A stretch of DNA of 64,000 nucleotides from Shigella phage SHFML-26. The position numbers and the translations under genes are program-made. How positions within the stretch are numbered: position 1 is the stretch's first letter; every line of letters begins with the position of its first letter. Below, piece by piece: positions 24,552 to 34,518 of the stretch. The stretch is from sequence record KX130862. The stretch is one strand, 5' to 3'. Below the pieces are notes generated by a model that did not search any database, was not told where the DNA came from, and saw only the letters and a program-made list of their open reading frames with translations.

Positions 24552-25334
24552 ATGGCAGTAGTTGGAGTTCCTGGCTGGATTGGAAGTTCAGCCGCAAATG
24601 AAACAGGACAACGCTGGATGAGTCAAGCGGCTGGTCAATTAAGATTGGGTGTTCCTTGCTGGATGAGTCAATTTGCAGGTCGCTCACGAGAAATTATTCA
24701 CACGCTTGGAGCAGACCATAACTTCAATGGTCAATGGTTCCGAGATAGATGTTTTGAGGCAGGTAGTGCACCTATAGTGTTTAATATCACTGGAGATTTA
24801 GTATCATATTCTAAAGATGTTCCTTTATTCTTCATGTACGGAGATACACCAAATGAATATGTTCAGTTAAATATACATGGCGTAACGATGTATGGACGTG
24901 GCGGTAATGGTGGTAGCAATAGTCCTGGCTCAGCTGGAGGTCATTGTATTCAAAACGATATTGGTGGGAGACTAAGAATTAATAATGGTGGAGCTATTGC
25001 TGGCGGCGGTGGCGGCGGTGGCGGCGGATATTATTCTCCTTTTTCACGAATGAGATTAACCTTTGGCGGTGGTGGTGGGCGTCCGTTTGGTGCACCTGGC
25101 GGATCTATTGATATGCAATCAGGCGCAACTGCTGGTACTATTTCTGCACCTGGCTCAGGATCCGTGAATGGTATCTATAATGGTGGAAACGGTGGTGAAG
25201 TAGGTTCCGCGGGAGGTAGATGCAATATTCGCGGTCAAGGATCTGAATATAATGGCGGCGCTGCTGGTTATGCTGTCATAGGGTCTGCTCCAACGTGGCA
25301 AAATGTTGGAGCAATATATGGTCCAAGAGTATAA
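24552..25334 (+). CDS. 38: gp38 receptor-recognising adhesin (T2-type, glycine-rich motifs)
   Basis: 260 aa [33 protein letters not shown]... with [11 protein letters not shown] and [14 protein letters not shown] glycine-rich motifs; unlike the short T4 gp38 chaperone. Confidence 0.85.
   Translation: MAVVGVPGWIGSSAANETGQRWMSQAAGQLRLGVPCWMSQFAGRSREIIHTLGADHNFNGQWFRDRCFEAGSAPIVFNITGDLVSYSKDVPLFFMYGDTPNEYVQLNIHGVTMYGRGGNGGSNSPGSAGGHCIQNDIGGRLRINNGGAIAGGGGGGGGGYYSPFSRMRLTFGGGGGRPFGAPGGSIDMQSGATAGTISAPGSGSVNGIYNGGNGGEVGSAGGRCNIRGQGSEYNGGAAGYAVIGSAPTWQNVGAIYGPRV
25002..25028 (+). repeat. (GGC GGC GGT)x3 simple repeat encoding the poly-Gly tract of gp38
   Basis: Direct trinucleotide repeat within gp38 coding sequence. 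Confidence 0.6.
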
Positions 25335-25364
25335 TGTGAATAAATACCCTTAAAAGGAGGGTCT

Positions 25365-26021
25365 ATGGCAGCACCTAGAATATCATTTTCGCCCTCTGAT
25401 ATTCTATTTGGTGTTCTAGATCGCTTGTTCAAAGATAATGCTACCGGGAAAGTTCTTGCTTCCCGGGTAGCTGTCGTAATTCTTTTGTTTATAATGGCGA
25501 TTGTATGGTATAGGGGAGATAGTTTCTTTGAGTACTATAAGCAATCAAAGTATGAAACATACAGTGAAATTATTGAAAAGGAAAGAAATGCACGCTTTGA
25601 ATCTGTCGCCCTGGAACAACTCCAGATAGTTCATATATCATCTGAGGCAGACTTTAGTGCGGTGTATTCTTTCCGCCCTAAAAACTTAAACTATTTTGTT
25701 GATATTATAGCATATGAAGGAAGATTACCTTCAACAATAACTGAAAAATCACTTGGAGGATATCCTGTTGATAAAACTATGGATGAATATACAGTTCATT
25801 TAAATGGACGTCATTATTATTCCAATTCAAAATTTGCTTTTTTACCAACTAAAAAGCCTACTCCCGAAATAAACTACATGTACAGTTGTCCATATTTTAA
25901 TTTGGATAATATCTATGCTGGAACGATAACCATGTACTGGTATAGAAATGATCATATAAGTAATGACCGCCTTGAATCAATATGTGCTCAGGCGGCCAGA
26001 ATATTAGGAAGGGCTAAATAA
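25365..26021 (+). CDS. t: holin
   Basis: 218 aa MAAPRISFSPSDILFGVLDRLFKDNATGKVLASRVAVVILLFIMAIVWYRGD...; single N-terminal TM segment. Confidence 0.95.
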   Translation: MAAPRISFSPSDILFGVLDRLFKDNATGKVLASRVAVVILLFIMAIVWYRGDSFFEYYKQSKYETYSEIIEKERNARFESVALEQLQIVHISSEADFSAVYSFRPKNLNYFVDIIAYEGRLPSTITEKSLGGYPVDKTMDEYTVHLNGRHYYSNSKFAFLPTKKPTPEINYMYSCPYFNLDNIYAGTITMYWYRNDHISNDRLESICAQAARILGRAK

Positions 26022-26294
26022 TTATTTGTTCGTATACATCTCTAGATATCGATATACACCCTCAAAACCCTCGTTGAATTCGTCGATGAGGGTTTTCTTA
26101 TCTTCTTGAGTTAATTCAGAAACAATTTTACGGAATGAATTCTGATTTAACTTTCTACCTTCATGTGTTACTCCAATCTCATTCAGAAATGCAATAAAAT
26201 TAGCACGATTCTCAACAATATCTTCTCTGGAAAATTTAATCAAAATAGACGCAACAGTAATAATTTCACGAACTGTATCAATATTTTTATTCAT
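26022..26294 (-). CDS. asiA: anti-sigma-70 factor AsiA
   Basis: 90 aa MNKNIDTVREIITVASILIKFSREDIVENRANFIAFLNEIG... Confidence 0.9.
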   Translation of the reverse strand: MNKNIDTVREIITVASILIKFSREDIVENRANFIAFLNEIGVTHEGRKLNQNSFRKIVSELTQEDKKTLIDEFNEGFEGVYRYLEMYTNK

Positions 26295-26306
26295 TAACTA
26301 TACCAC

Positions 26307-26459
26307 TCAATTAGTTGACTTTGTTATAATATCATCAGACGCTTGATTTGTAAACTGGTCTGTGTTATTTTCTTCAAAAATTTTTTCTACGAATTCTTTG
26401 AACGACTCACGTTCCTGAGTTACATTGTGCTCGATTACCATTTCAAGATTATAACTCAT
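26307..26459 (-). CDS. small hypothetical protein (50 aa, acidic)
   Basis: ATG overlaps the stop of the upstream ORF (ATGA); hand-translated, coordinates approximate. Confidence 0.35.
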   Translation of the reverse strand: MSYNLEMVIEHNVTQERESFKEFVEKIFEENNTDQFTNQASDDIITKSTN

Positions 26460-26734
26460 TCGAAATAATCTTCAATTTCGTAATCATGGACATAAATCAT
26501 TATAGTTTCTAATACATCATCAATACTTTTTCCTGGAGCTGGAATTACGTAAAAATATCCTGCTTTTGAGAGGTCTTTATAAGTTCCAACCAAGAAATCA
26601 TTATTCTCAAGATGTAGTTCTTCAACTAATTCATTAACAATTAAGTGGTATAAATTTGGTAGAAACTTATATAGCTTTTCTAGAATATCAATTTTGATTG
26701 TATATTGAACCACAGATTGAGAATCAATAATCAT
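26456..26734 (-). CDS. arn: acidic 92-aa protein, Arn-like (anti-restriction)
   Basis: Size, acidity and position upstream of asiA fit T4 Arn; sequence identity not verifiable from memory. Confidence 0.55.
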   Translation of the reverse strand: MIIDSQSVVQYTIKIDILEKLYKFLPNLYHLIVNELVEELHLENNDFLVGTYKDLSKAGYFYVIPAPGKSIDDVLETIMIYVHDYEIEDYFE

Positions 26735-26817
26735 AGACCTTCCCCTTATGTTTCTGTTTGCGATTAGATTCTTTAAACGCTTTCTTCTTATCCTTATGAA
26801 CAGAAGCTTTATTAAAA

Positions 26818-27036
26818 TTATGTTTTGCGACTAAATTGTTCATAATGCTGAATTACCTCTCTTAAACATTTGCATGTGAATGAAAACTTTTTAGCTACAC
26901 CACATTCAAATATATGTTCTCTTAAATCGCGTGTATCGGTATATCCCATCTCAACGATAAAATGCCGTATTAGATTTTTATCTTTATCGTTGAGAGAATT
27001 AAAATAATCGGATTTTGAATTAATTTCCCTGGCCAA
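26818..27036 (-). CDS. hypothetical protein (72 aa)
   Basis: Track ORF, co-oriented. Confidence 0.45.
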   Translation of the reverse strand: MAREINSKSDYFNSLNDKDKNLIRHFIVEMGYTDTRDLREHIFECGVAKKFSFTCKCLREVIQHYEQFSRKT

Positions 27037-27316
27037 ATTGAATCACCTTCAGTTGACGTTTTAGCTCTTTTATCATCTCTTCGTTCATCGCAATATAAAG
27101 ATCGCGTAAAGCAGGTTTTAGCATTCCATTTACTGGAGAACTAAATGGGCACACATAATCTTTTCCTACAAGCTTTTTAGTTAATTCCATATCACAAAAC
27201 TGAAATGCAGGTTCATTAGCATAAATTCCCCAATTAGTTGACATCATTTTATTGGCATATTCCAATGCTTGGATTTGATTAGTAATTCCATCAATTTGAA
27301 ACTTTTTAATATTCAT
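27020..27316 (-). CDS. hypothetical protein (98 aa)
   Basis: Track ORF, co-oriented. Confidence 0.45.
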   Translation of the reverse strand: MNIKKFQIDGITNQIQALEYANKMMSTNWGIYANEPAFQFCDMELTKKLVGKDYVCPFSSPVNGMLKPALRDLYIAMNEEMIKELKRQLKVIQFGQGN

Positions 27317-27777
27317 TAGTAAAGGTCCTCGGAGTAAAGTTCTTTTTCACTACCACCACGTTCAATACGCACTTGTCCAGCGTAAGTTGCAATAATCATT
27401 GCTTCTTCACGTGTCCAATAATTACTATATTGGTCAATAAACCCTTGGTCATCATCACAAACTTGTTGAGTAACTAATTGAGGTTTAACTACATCTAAAA
27501 CTTCGGCCATATCTTTAGAATAATGACGAGCACCTGGAATAACAAGAGTTCGTCCATCTTTTAATTTAAAACGGTTGGCTGCGCAAACAATTCGTCGTTG
27601 ATACTTTTGGTTTTCATCCCAGTATGCGGTTTGCCAACAGATTTCAGGAACTTCTGCAAGAATATCTTCTTCTGTGCATTTATAACCATGTGCTTTAAAT
27701 TTTTGAACAAGACTCTCCGGAGTCTCACGAGATAAAGGAACATTCAGCATTTTTAAACGATTGATAAATGGGTTCAT
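27316..27777 (-). CDS. hypothetical protein (153 aa)
   Basis: Track ORF, co-oriented; stop/start overlaps with neighbours. Confidence 0.5.
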   Translation of the reverse strand: MNPFINRLKMLNVPLSRETPESLVQKFKAHGYKCTEEDILAEVPEICWQTAYWDENQKYQRRIVCAANRFKLKDGRTLVIPGARHYSKDMAEVLDVVKPQLVTQQVCDDDQGFIDQYSNYWTREEAMIIATYAGQVRIERGGSEKELYSEDLY

Positions 27778-28103
27778 TTAAACCATCCTTTAATACGCTG
27801 CCACAAAGTTTTCTGTTGAGCTTTGTTAACACCAATTGAGCGAATAACTGGTTGAGATTCCTGGAATTCTTTATAATCAGCAAGATAAATTTCATAAGCT
27901 GCATCCGTAAATGAACTTATTGCTGCCATAAAATTATTGCGAATACCTACTGGAGCATCTTTACTTTCACGAATAATCATGTATTTACCAGTCTTAATCT
28001 TTACGATAGTTCCAAGATAAGCTCCATGGTACCAAATATCCCAACCCTCTTGAGTAGGTTCTGCACAACGACGAAGTTCATTGACAATTTCTAACTTGTT
28101 CAT
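27774..28103 (-). CDS. hypothetical protein (109 aa)
   Basis: Track ORF immediately downstream of motA. Confidence 0.5.
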   Translation of the reverse strand: MNKLEIVNELRRCAEPTQEGWDIWYHGAYLGTIVKIKTGKYMIIRESKDAPVGIRNNFMAAISSFTDAAYEIYLADYKEFQESQPVIRSIGVNKAQQKTLWQRIKGWFK

Positions 28104-28113
28104 TATTTATTCC

Positions 28114-28749
28114 TCACAGTTCAGATGCTACAGTGATTACAGATTCAATGTTTTCTGCCGAGCGTTTAATGTCAAGATACACATTACCGTTTTTAGCGAT
28201 TTTACATGACATTCCGATGTCAGTAAATTTCTGAATATGATGTTCCATCATTTTGTATCCAAAAATTCGCATATTTCCATTGTTGTTAATTTCAAAATTA
28301 CGAATTCCGTGAGTACGTTTTTCTAAAATAGCGAGATAGTTACTACGATAAGTTTCAACCTTTTTAAGAACAAATCCATTTTCATCTAAAAGTTTTAACA
28401 TGAAGTCTTTATCTTCTTCCATATCGGAAGTAATTTCGCGAGCTTTACGAGTTGCTCGTTTTTTCAGCAGTTCCGGAGCGTTTTCCTGTGCGTATAAAGT
28501 TGCTGCATTTGAAATAATATCCTGAGCTTCACCTGTAATGATTAATCCATCACCAGATTTCTCCACCAGGCCTTTTTTAATCAATACCCCAATATTACTA
28601 TTAACTACTGCGTTACCTAAATCTGGATGCACCTCACGAACTTCTGCAGCTGTAATGAAATCTTTCTTAGCAATGGTAATTAAAATCGCAGCAGTTTTTT
28701 CATTCAGAACATCGTTAGAAGCTTTGATGATGTAAGTTACTTTAGACAT
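28114..28749 (-). CDS. motA: middle transcription activator MotA
   Basis: 211 aa MSKVTYIIKASNDVLNEKTAAILITIAKKDFITAAEVREVHPDLGNAV... Confidence 0.9.
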   Translation of the reverse strand: MSKVTYIIKASNDVLNEKTAAILITIAKKDFITAAEVREVHPDLGNAVVNSNIGVLIKKGLVEKSGDGLIITGEAQDIISNAATLYAQENAPELLKKRATRKAREITSDMEEDKDFMLKLLDENGFVLKKVETYRSNYLAILEKRTHGIRNFEINNNGNMRIFGYKMMEHHIQKFTDIGMSCKIAKNGNVYLDIKRSAENIESVITVASEL

Positions 28750-28790
28750 TTTCTAATCTCCGTAATTCTGTATCAGTAGTTGATAGTTGT

Positions 28791-28820
28791 ATAGTACCAC
28801 AGTATGCTTTGGTTGTAAAC
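28791..28820 (-). promoter_or_regulatory. T4-type early promoter upstream of motA
   Basis: Reverse complement contains GTTTACA -35 and TACTAT -10; same conserved motif as at 11768-11797. Confidence 0.5.
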
Positions 28821-28875
28821 CGTTTTGTGAAAAAATTTTTAAAATAAAAAGGGAGAGCCTCGGCTCTCCCTAAAA

Positions 28876-29025
28876 TTACTGCATGACTGTGATAACTGTC
28901 ATGATAACACGTTGAATTCCGAACGCAAGAAGACCTCCTGCTACGGCTGGAACAACACCTAAACCCGCTAGTAAAATGCCACCAGATACTAATGCAGCGC
29001 TTGTAATACCAATGAATGGACTCAT
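28876..29025 (-). CDS. small membrane protein (49 aa, Gly/Ala-rich hydrophobic)
   Basis: MSPFIGITSAALVSGGILLAGLGVVPAVAGGLLAFGIQRVIMTVITVMQ; ATG overlaps gene 52 stop (ATGA). Confidence 0.45.
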   Translation of the reverse strand: MSPFIGITSAALVSGGILLAGLGVVPAVAGGLLAFGIQRVIMTVITVMQ

Positions 29026-30350
29026 TTGATTTCCTCTAAATCTTTGGTGTATTCTGTAACTACATCAGTAGTTTTCCAATATTCGTTTTCTTCTTTTTTA
29101 GCTTTAGCTTCTTCAGCAAGTTTCTTCGCTTCATCGGAGGTCATATGAAAAATATTCATTCCAACTAGTTTATCAACATAAGAAGAATACATATCAATTT
29201 TAGAAAGTTCTTCGGTCAGTTCTTTACGAGTTTTACCCTGTACAACAATTTCACCTGAAATTACTTTCTTAATGAAATGTGCCTTGGCAAAGGCTAAACG
29301 AAAAGCTGACTCAGTTTCTTTAATTTTGTTATCAATTCGTTTTTGGACATAAGTTTTACGAACTTCAACGAAGTCTTTAATTAAATCAACTACGTTATCG
29401 TAAACTTGTAGCTTTCCTTTCTCATTAATAACCGTAATATTCTGAGAACGACGCTCAATCAACCCGAAGTCTTTCATAATTTTTGCATGGCGTTCTTCTT
29501 CGTTATCGCTCAAAGAGTATTCTTTGCGGAATTTAACTTTGAAGCCAAAGCCATGCTCACCACAAGCATCATCCCATGTAATGAAGCCTTTATCTTCAAG
29601 CGGGTCTAAGATTTTACTCACATAAGTTTCACGATCATACTTATATGGAATCTCAGTGATATGCATTTGAGTTCGTGAAGTAAACTTGTATGTTCCACGA
29701 ATTTCATATTGCCCATCAATTTCAACGACTTCACCACGAAATTCTGGGAATTCTACCTTCGGTTTAGTTACTTTCTTTCCTTGAAGAGCTTGCAGTACAG
29801 CTTTCTTGACAGAAGAAACACTATGAGGAAGAATGTAAGTTGCATAACCAGTTGCAATACCGGAAACACCATTAAGAAGAACGGTAGGAATAATAGGCAA
29901 ATAGAAAGCAGGCGGAATGTGTTCTTTATCTTGATGTACTGGAGCATATTCAGTATCTTTATATACGTTATAGAAATTTTTACTTACACGAGCAAAAATA
30001 TAACGACTTGCCGCTGCCTTTTGGACAGTACGAGAACCGAAGTTTCCTTGACCATCTAACAGAGGAAAGTTATTATTCCAAGTGTTAGCCATCAAAGCGC
30101 CTGCGTCTTGTGCAGAGTTTTCGCCATGGTGATATCCGAGGTCCGCTACACCACCTGCAATAGAAGCGAGTTTGTGAAACTTATCTTTATTTCCTCGTGC
30201 CAAATCAAGAGCTCGAGCAATAACAAATCGTTGAACTGGCTTAAATCCATCAATCATATTTGGGATAGCACGATTTTCAACCGTGTACATAGCATAAGCC
30301 AATGCTTCATTATCAATGATACTTTTTAAATCGCGATTATTCAGTTGCAT
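29022..30350 (-). CDS. 52: DNA topoisomerase II medium subunit gp52
   Basis: 442 aa MQLNNRDLKSIIDNEALAYAMYTVENRAIPNMIDGFKPVQRFV... (GyrA-like breakage-reunion domain). Confidence 0.95.
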   Translation of the reverse strand: MQLNNRDLKSIIDNEALAYAMYTVENRAIPNMIDGFKPVQRFVIARALDLARGNKDKFHKLASIAGGVADLGYHHGENSAQDAGALMANTWNNNFPLLDGQGNFGSRTVQKAAASRYIFARVSKNFYNVYKDTEYAPVHQDKEHIPPAFYLPIIPTVLLNGVSGIATGYATYILPHSVSSVKKAVLQALQGKKVTKPKVEFPEFRGEVVEIDGQYEIRGTYKFTSRTQMHITEIPYKYDRETYVSKILDPLEDKGFITWDDACGEHGFGFKVKFRKEYSLSDNEEERHAKIMKDFGLIERRSQNITVINEKGKLQVYDNVVDLIKDFVEVRKTYVQKRIDNKIKETESAFRLAFAKAHFIKKVISGEIVVQGKTRKELTEELSKIDMYSSYVDKLVGMNIFHMTSDEAKKLAEEAKAKKEENEYWKTTDVVTEYTKDLEEIK

Positions 30351-30354
30351 AAAT

Positions 30355-30495
30355 TTACCATACTAGTGAATGTAGTGCCATAATAACATCAGAAATGAAA
30401 AGCACGACTTGAATTAATCCGAACATTACTCCATAATATAGTGCTACCAATAAAGTAGCAAGGGCTAATGAATAGCCCAAGATTTTCTTAATCAT
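30355..30495 (-). CDS. small membrane protein (46 aa)
   Basis: MIKKILGYSLALATLLVALYYGVMFGLIQVVLFISDVIMALHSLVW; start overlaps the ac stop; hand-translated. Confidence 0.4.
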   Translation of the reverse strand: MIKKILGYSLALATLLVALYYGVMFGLIQVVLFISDVIMALHSLVW

Positions 30496-30643
30496 TAGAT
30501 AACAGCACAAATGTTAAATATGCACACATACCCTGGGCTAAAGCCTGCGAAAACACACTACTGGCATCGATACAGATAGTTAAAACACATGCTACTATCC
30601 AACAAATAAATGAAATAACTCCTAATAATTTTGCGATATTCAT
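30488..30643 (-). CDS. ac: small membrane protein (51 aa), Ac-like
   Basis: MNIAKLLGVISFICWIVACVLTICIDASSVFSQALAQGMCAYLTFVLLSND; size and position between stp and 52 fit T4 ac; hand-translated. Confidence 0.45.
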   Translation of the reverse strand: MNIAKLLGVISFICWIVACVLTICIDASSVFSQALAQGMCAYLTFVLLSND

Positions 30644-30653
30644 AGTATTCTCC

Positions 30654-30740
30654 TCAACTATTTTTAAAACCTAAAATACCAAAGTTTTTAAGATTGTCAC
30701 GATAGAACTGCATCACATGTTCGTTATGGAAATTACTCAT
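30654..30740 (-). CDS. stp: Stp peptide
   Basis: 28 aa [28 protein letters not shown], matching the start of T4 Stp as recalled; hand-translated. Confidence 0.7.
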   Translation of the reverse strand: MSNFHNEHVMQFYRDNLKNFGILGFKNS

Positions 30741-31198
30741 TAATATGCCTGCAAAACAAATTTAAAGTTATCAGCCAACATACGGTTTATTTCTTCAAGT
30801 GTTTGATACTCAGAATGATGATTACGAGTAAACGCCAAAGCTAACTGACCTTTACCAAATCCTGTCGTCAGAGGTTTCATCTTAGAAGCAGGCAGATAAA
30901 ATACTGTGTATGGAACATTGTTATTTGCAATAGTACGCGCAAGCTGAGACCGACGCTGACGAATATGACTTAGAACCGCACTGAATCCTTGCTTAGAACG
31001 CTGATTACCTACATAAAATCGTGCAGACACGCACGGATTACTAAATGGACGACCATCTAATTTACTCACTAAAAAGTAAAATCCAGGTTTAGATAAAATA
31101 TCTTTATGCGGAGTTCCCAAAAACCACTCACCGCCCTTGATTGTACCAATAACAGTAGCGCCTGCATTATTCAGATCAGTAACAGTCATATATTTCAT
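30740..31198 (-). CDS. ndd: nucleoid disruption protein Ndd
   Basis: [33 protein letters not shown]...; track ORF trimmed to this Met. Confidence 0.85.
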   Translation of the reverse strand: MKYMTVTDLNNAGATVIGTIKGGEWFLGTPHKDILSKPGFYFLVSKLDGRPFSNPCVSARFYVGNQRSKQGFSAVLSHIRQRRSQLARTIANNNVPYTVFYLPASKMKPLTTGFGKGQLALAFTRNHHSEYQTLEEINRMLADNFKFVLQAY

Positions 31199-31258
31199 AT
31201 TAATTTCCTCTAAATTATTTTCTACTCCAAGGCCGCATGGATACACACGGCCATTAAA

Positions 31259-31474
31259 TTAATCGTCGCAGTCGACGCTCAATTCCCAGAATTCTTCTAC
31301 GGTATAAGTTTCAGTATCATTTTCAATACAGAAACGTTCATTACTATTGTTTGCTAAAGTAGCATTAACTGTCATTTTTTCGCTAGTGCTCTTAAGAGGT
31401 GAAATACGAATTAACTGATCACCGTTATCTAAACAAAAAATTTCACCAACTTTTACATCTTTAAAACTTTTCAT
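31259..31474 (-). CDS. hypothetical protein (71 aa)
   Basis: Track ORF. Confidence 0.45.
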   Translation of the reverse strand: MKSFKDVKVGEIFCLDNGDQLIRISPLKSTSEKMTVNATLANNSNERFCIENDTETYTVEEFWELSVDCDD

Positions 31475-31589
31475 AATTCACCTCAAGGAGTATAAAATCC
31501 AAACGCAGTTGTTGACCATCCCATCCAATATGGAAAATTTGCACCAATGTAAAACATAAGAATATAAAACCAACCGCTCAGCAAATTCA

Positions 31590-31808
31590 TCATTTTACAC
31601 CATTCCAAATTGTTTCAACCACGGATTTTAAACCATTTTGATGAATATCAATTCCGACTACTGTCATCAAATAGATTCCAACTACAACTGAACCTAAGGC
31701 AAAAATCAGCATGAAAATGAATAAAGCCGGAAAAATATTATCGAAAAACCATTCAATAAATGTAAAAGCACTGCGTTTACGCTTCATATTTTCCTCACAT
31801 AAATCCAA
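31590..31808 (-). CDS. hypothetical membrane protein (72 aa)
   Basis: Track ORF; hydrophobic core FPALFIFMLIFALGSVVVGIYLMTVVG. Confidence 0.45.
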   Translation of the reverse strand: MDLCEENMKRKRSAFTFIEWFFDNIFPALFIFMLIFALGSVVVGIYLMTVVGIDIHQNGLKSVVETIWNGVK

Positions 31809-32004
31809 AGTAAACGTTTAATACATCAATCATTAAAACGATTGGGAATATACTCAAAACTACTAGTATTATAACTACATTCCATATAGCTTTAATAATC
31901 TTTTTCATTTTCTGTTCCTCCGTAGTTGATAGGGTAATAGTACCACGGAAGAACAGTCTTGTAAACAACTTTTTAAAAATATTCGTAATAAATGTGAATA
32001 CCAA
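31795..32004 (-). CDS. hypothetical membrane protein (69 aa)
   Basis: Track ORF; C-terminal hydrophobic segment. Confidence 0.4.
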   Translation of the reverse strand: MVFTFITNIFKKLFTRLFFRGTITLSTTEEQKMKKIIKAIWNVVIILVVLSIFPIVLMIDVLNVYFGFM

Positions 32005-32150
32005 CTACTACCGCTGAAACCTGTGCAACCCACCACGCACAAGCAATAAGTACAGAATTCAAAATTTTCATAATAACCTCATCACAAAAGTAAATGTTAA
32101 ACAAATTAATGGAATACTAATTAACCAAACAAAACACCACCATAATGAAC

Positions 32151-32414
32151 TCATAGTTCAATCTCAGCGATTTTCATTTCATTATTGTTAATAGCATTTT
32201 TAAGACTATCCGAAAGAATTACATTCCAGTGGTCATTCATATGACCATTAACTAAGCGTGTAATTTCTTCGGGAGTTGAAAAATAAGGCGTATCAGACTC
32301 CCAATGCGATAATCCTAAGCGAGTATAAATCATGCCTTCATCATCGCTAGAATATTCAACTGACACAAACTCATCAGTTATTTTATGTTTAGCGTAATAA
32401 AATTTAAATTTCAT
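32151..32414 (-). CDS. hypothetical protein (about 87 aa)
   Basis: Track ORF 32151..32513 trimmed to an internal Met downstream of the early promoter. Confidence 0.4.
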   Translation of the reverse strand: MKFKFYYAKHKITDEFVSVEYSSDDEGMIYTRLGLSHWESDTPYFSTPEEITRLVNGHMNDHWNVILSDSLKNAINNNEMKIAEIEL

Positions 32415-32448
32415 TTTACTCTCCAAATCCGTATCAGTTGATAGTTGT

Positions 32449-32478
32449 ATAGTACCACGGTCCTTGTGGTATGTAAAC
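32449..32478 (-). promoter_or_regulatory. T4-type early promoter downstream of denB
   Basis: Reverse complement contains GTTTACA -35 and TACTAT -10 in the conserved motif. Confidence 0.5.
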
Positions 32479-32494
32479 CATTTTGTGAAATTTT

Positions 32495-33052
32495 TTAAAT
32501 GGAAAGATACCATCCGCTGTAGTTGCTTTTTCTTACAACCTTACGAAGGTCTTCTCTATCACCGATGAACTTCGGAGTGTATTGGATGACACCTGGATGA
32601 ATTTCTTTAGTGTTGAATATAATTATACAGTCAGCGACTTGATGATTTAGAATGGGCCCTAGATTTATTCCAGAACCATATGGATACTCTCCGCTGCATC
32701 CTGTTGTCACCGAAATCCAACGTGAGTCAGTTTGATGTGTCTTAACTTCTACACGAAGCCCGCAGTATCTTGGATGCGCCAATACATCCCATGCATATGT
32801 GTACGGATCATCGACATCTTCTTGACCTTTGTTAACATACCCGCTCATCCAATCTGCTACAAAAAACTCTGCGTACACAGCGATACGGCATCTTTCGATA
32901 ACTTCTGCCTTATCCTGATTTGGGTTTTGTTTTAAAGAGTATCTTGCAGTATCAACAATTTTGACCTTCATTTCACTAGTCAAGTCACTGTTCGATAGGG
33001 TAAATGTCGGAATCTGAAATAGTCTCTGTAACCCCGGATTCGTTTTCTGCAT
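32495..33052 (-). CDS. denB: endonuclease IV
   Basis: 185 aa MQKTNPGLQRLFQIPTFTLSNSDLTSEMKVKIVDTARYSLKQ... Confidence 0.9.
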   Translation of the reverse strand: MQKTNPGLQRLFQIPTFTLSNSDLTSEMKVKIVDTARYSLKQNPNQDKAEVIERCRIAVYAEFFVADWMSGYVNKGQEDVDDPYTYAWDVLAHPRYCGLRVEVKTHQTDSRWISVTTGCSGEYPYGSGINLGPILNHQVADCIIIFNTKEIHPGVIQYTPKFIGDREDLRKVVRKSNYSGWYLSI

Positions 33053-33314
33053 TTAAACTTTCCTTTTTACCACTAAGATAAGCGTTATACACTTTAAGAG
33101 TACCATAGTAAATTCGATCATTTTCATCTAAAGAATTACGATCAAGTTCATCGAGATTCTTTTTGTCCATGACTATAACATCATTGCAGTAAAGAACTCC
33201 AAGTTTTTCATGCCCAAACTCGAATTTATTGCAGTACACAATATTAACGTAATGATTACCATGTAGAGAAATTTCTTTTATGTCGGTGTCACCGATATTC
33301 ATACAATAAATCAT
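32985..33314 (-). CDS. hypothetical protein (109 aa)
   Basis: Track ORF; 3' end overlaps denB start. Confidence 0.45.
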   Translation of the reverse strand: MIYCMNIGDTDIKEISLHGNHYVNIVYCNKFEFGHEKLGVLYCNDVIVMDKKNLDELDRNSLDENDRIYYGTLKVYNAYLSGKKESLNAENESGVTETISDSDIYPIEQ

Positions 33315-33331
33315 AATTTACCTTAAAACAA

Positions 33332-33347
33332 AAGGGCCGAAGCCCTT
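33332..33347 (-). other. intercistronic RNA stem-loop with UUCG tetraloop on the transcribed strand
   Basis: aaGGGCcgaaGCCCtt on plus strand; same motif recurs at about 33555, 38835, 61954 and 63009. Confidence 0.5.
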
Positions 33348-33540
33348 ATTTGAATTGTTCAATTCTTTTCTCTAAACAGTCAGCATAAGATTTCATTGAG
33401 ATAAACTGCGAAAGTAACAGTTCTTGCTCAACTGCACTAACTGTTAGAAACTTTGCGCTTTCTAAAAATTTGCTCAGTGCATTAATTTTGAGCATTAATT
33501 GATCGTATTCTTCTTTTACTCGTGCTTGATAACCTAACAT
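33346..33540 (-). CDS. hypothetical protein (64 aa)
   Basis: Track ORF between rIIB and denB. Confidence 0.45.
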   Translation of the reverse strand: MLGYQARVKEEYDQLMLKINALSKFLESAKFLTVSAVEQELLLSQFISMKSYADCLEKRIEQFK

Positions 33541-33568
33541 AATTTTCCTTAGTTAAGGGCCGAAGCCC

Positions 33569-34507
33569 TTATTTAAATTGTTCAGTAACGTCTTCAACTA
33601 CTTCGTATTGGCAGGTACGCATTTTAGCATCGTTGTAATCAATCGGAATTGATACTACATCGCGAGGATGAACTTTAACTTTTACAACTCGGCTGGTTGA
33701 ACTACCAAAGTGACGAATATAAGATTTAGAACACACATGCAGACCGCGAGAACAAGTCTGTGTATCATCGTCATTCACACGAGTACGTGGCATTTTAACT
33801 ACTTTACCCGGACTGTTATCAAAGGTGTTTGAGTGACAGTCAAAGTAATTGCTGCGAACTACTTTCCAAGCATAGAAGTAGCCATCTTCTGTAATTTCAA
33901 TATCGTTTGCTACCAAGAAATCAAAGAGTCGAGATACCGCTTTTTGGCTTGGGTTTTCCAACAGATTTTCCAAGAACGGAAAATAAAATTCAAAGTTTTC
34001 GCCTTTTTCCATCGAGTCAAGAATACGATCAACCAAACCAGACCGCAATTCAATATTTTGATAGAACAAGCTTCCACCTTCAATTCGAACATCGCCGGAA
34101 ATATATTTTTCAACAGCGCGACGAACATTAATTTTTTGTGCAGCTTCTTCCAGCTTATCTGCTACAAGCAGATTAAGAATTTCCTGGAAGTTTGAATGAG
34201 TATTAGGAGTTGCGTTATAAGTTACACCGTCAACAGTAATTGAAATGAATTTTTTAGATGCATTCCAAATAATGTCAGATTTAGCAACTGGAGCAATAAC
34301 TGCATCGCTATTAACTTTAACTGTAATATCACCGCTAATAGTAACTTTAGGGCGTTTAGCTTCTTCAGCATTTTTCAAAACACGACGGATTGTGTCAACC
34401 GATACATCCTTCCAATAAGCCAATTCCTGTTGGGTGTAATTACCACTTGAATACAGTTTAACAATTTCAGCTTGTTCGTTTTTGGTCAGGCATTTAATAT
34501 TGTACAT
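33569..34507 (-). CDS. rIIB: rIIB protein
   Basis: 312 aa MYNIKCLTKNEQAEIVKLYSSGNYTQQELAYWKDVSVDTIRR... Confidence 0.95.
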   Translation of the reverse strand: MYNIKCLTKNEQAEIVKLYSSGNYTQQELAYWKDVSVDTIRRVLKNAEEAKRPKVTISGDITVKVNSDAVIAPVAKSDIIWNASKKFISITVDGVTYNATPNTHSNFQEILNLLVADKLEEAAQKINVRRAVEKYISGDVRIEGGSLFYQNIELRSGLVDRILDSMEKGENFEFYFPFLENLLENPSQKAVSRLFDFLVANDIEITEDGYFYAWKVVRSNYFDCHSNTFDNSPGKVVKMPRTRVNDDDTQTCSRGLHVCSKSYIRHFGSSTSRVVKVKVHPRDVVSIPIDYNDAKMRTCQYEVVEDVTEQFK

Positions 34508-34518
34508 AATTTTCCTTA

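Noticed and set aside
24990-25035. GGC/GGT-rich repeat considered as a possible VNTR or CRISPR-like repeat
   Set aside because: It is in frame inside gp38 and encodes the poly-glycine stretch of a glycine-rich motif; no spacer-repeat architecture.
26019-26024. Abutting convergent stop codons of t and asiA considered as a bidirectional terminator
   Set aside because: No stem-loop or U-tract is evident at the junction; just tight convergent packing.
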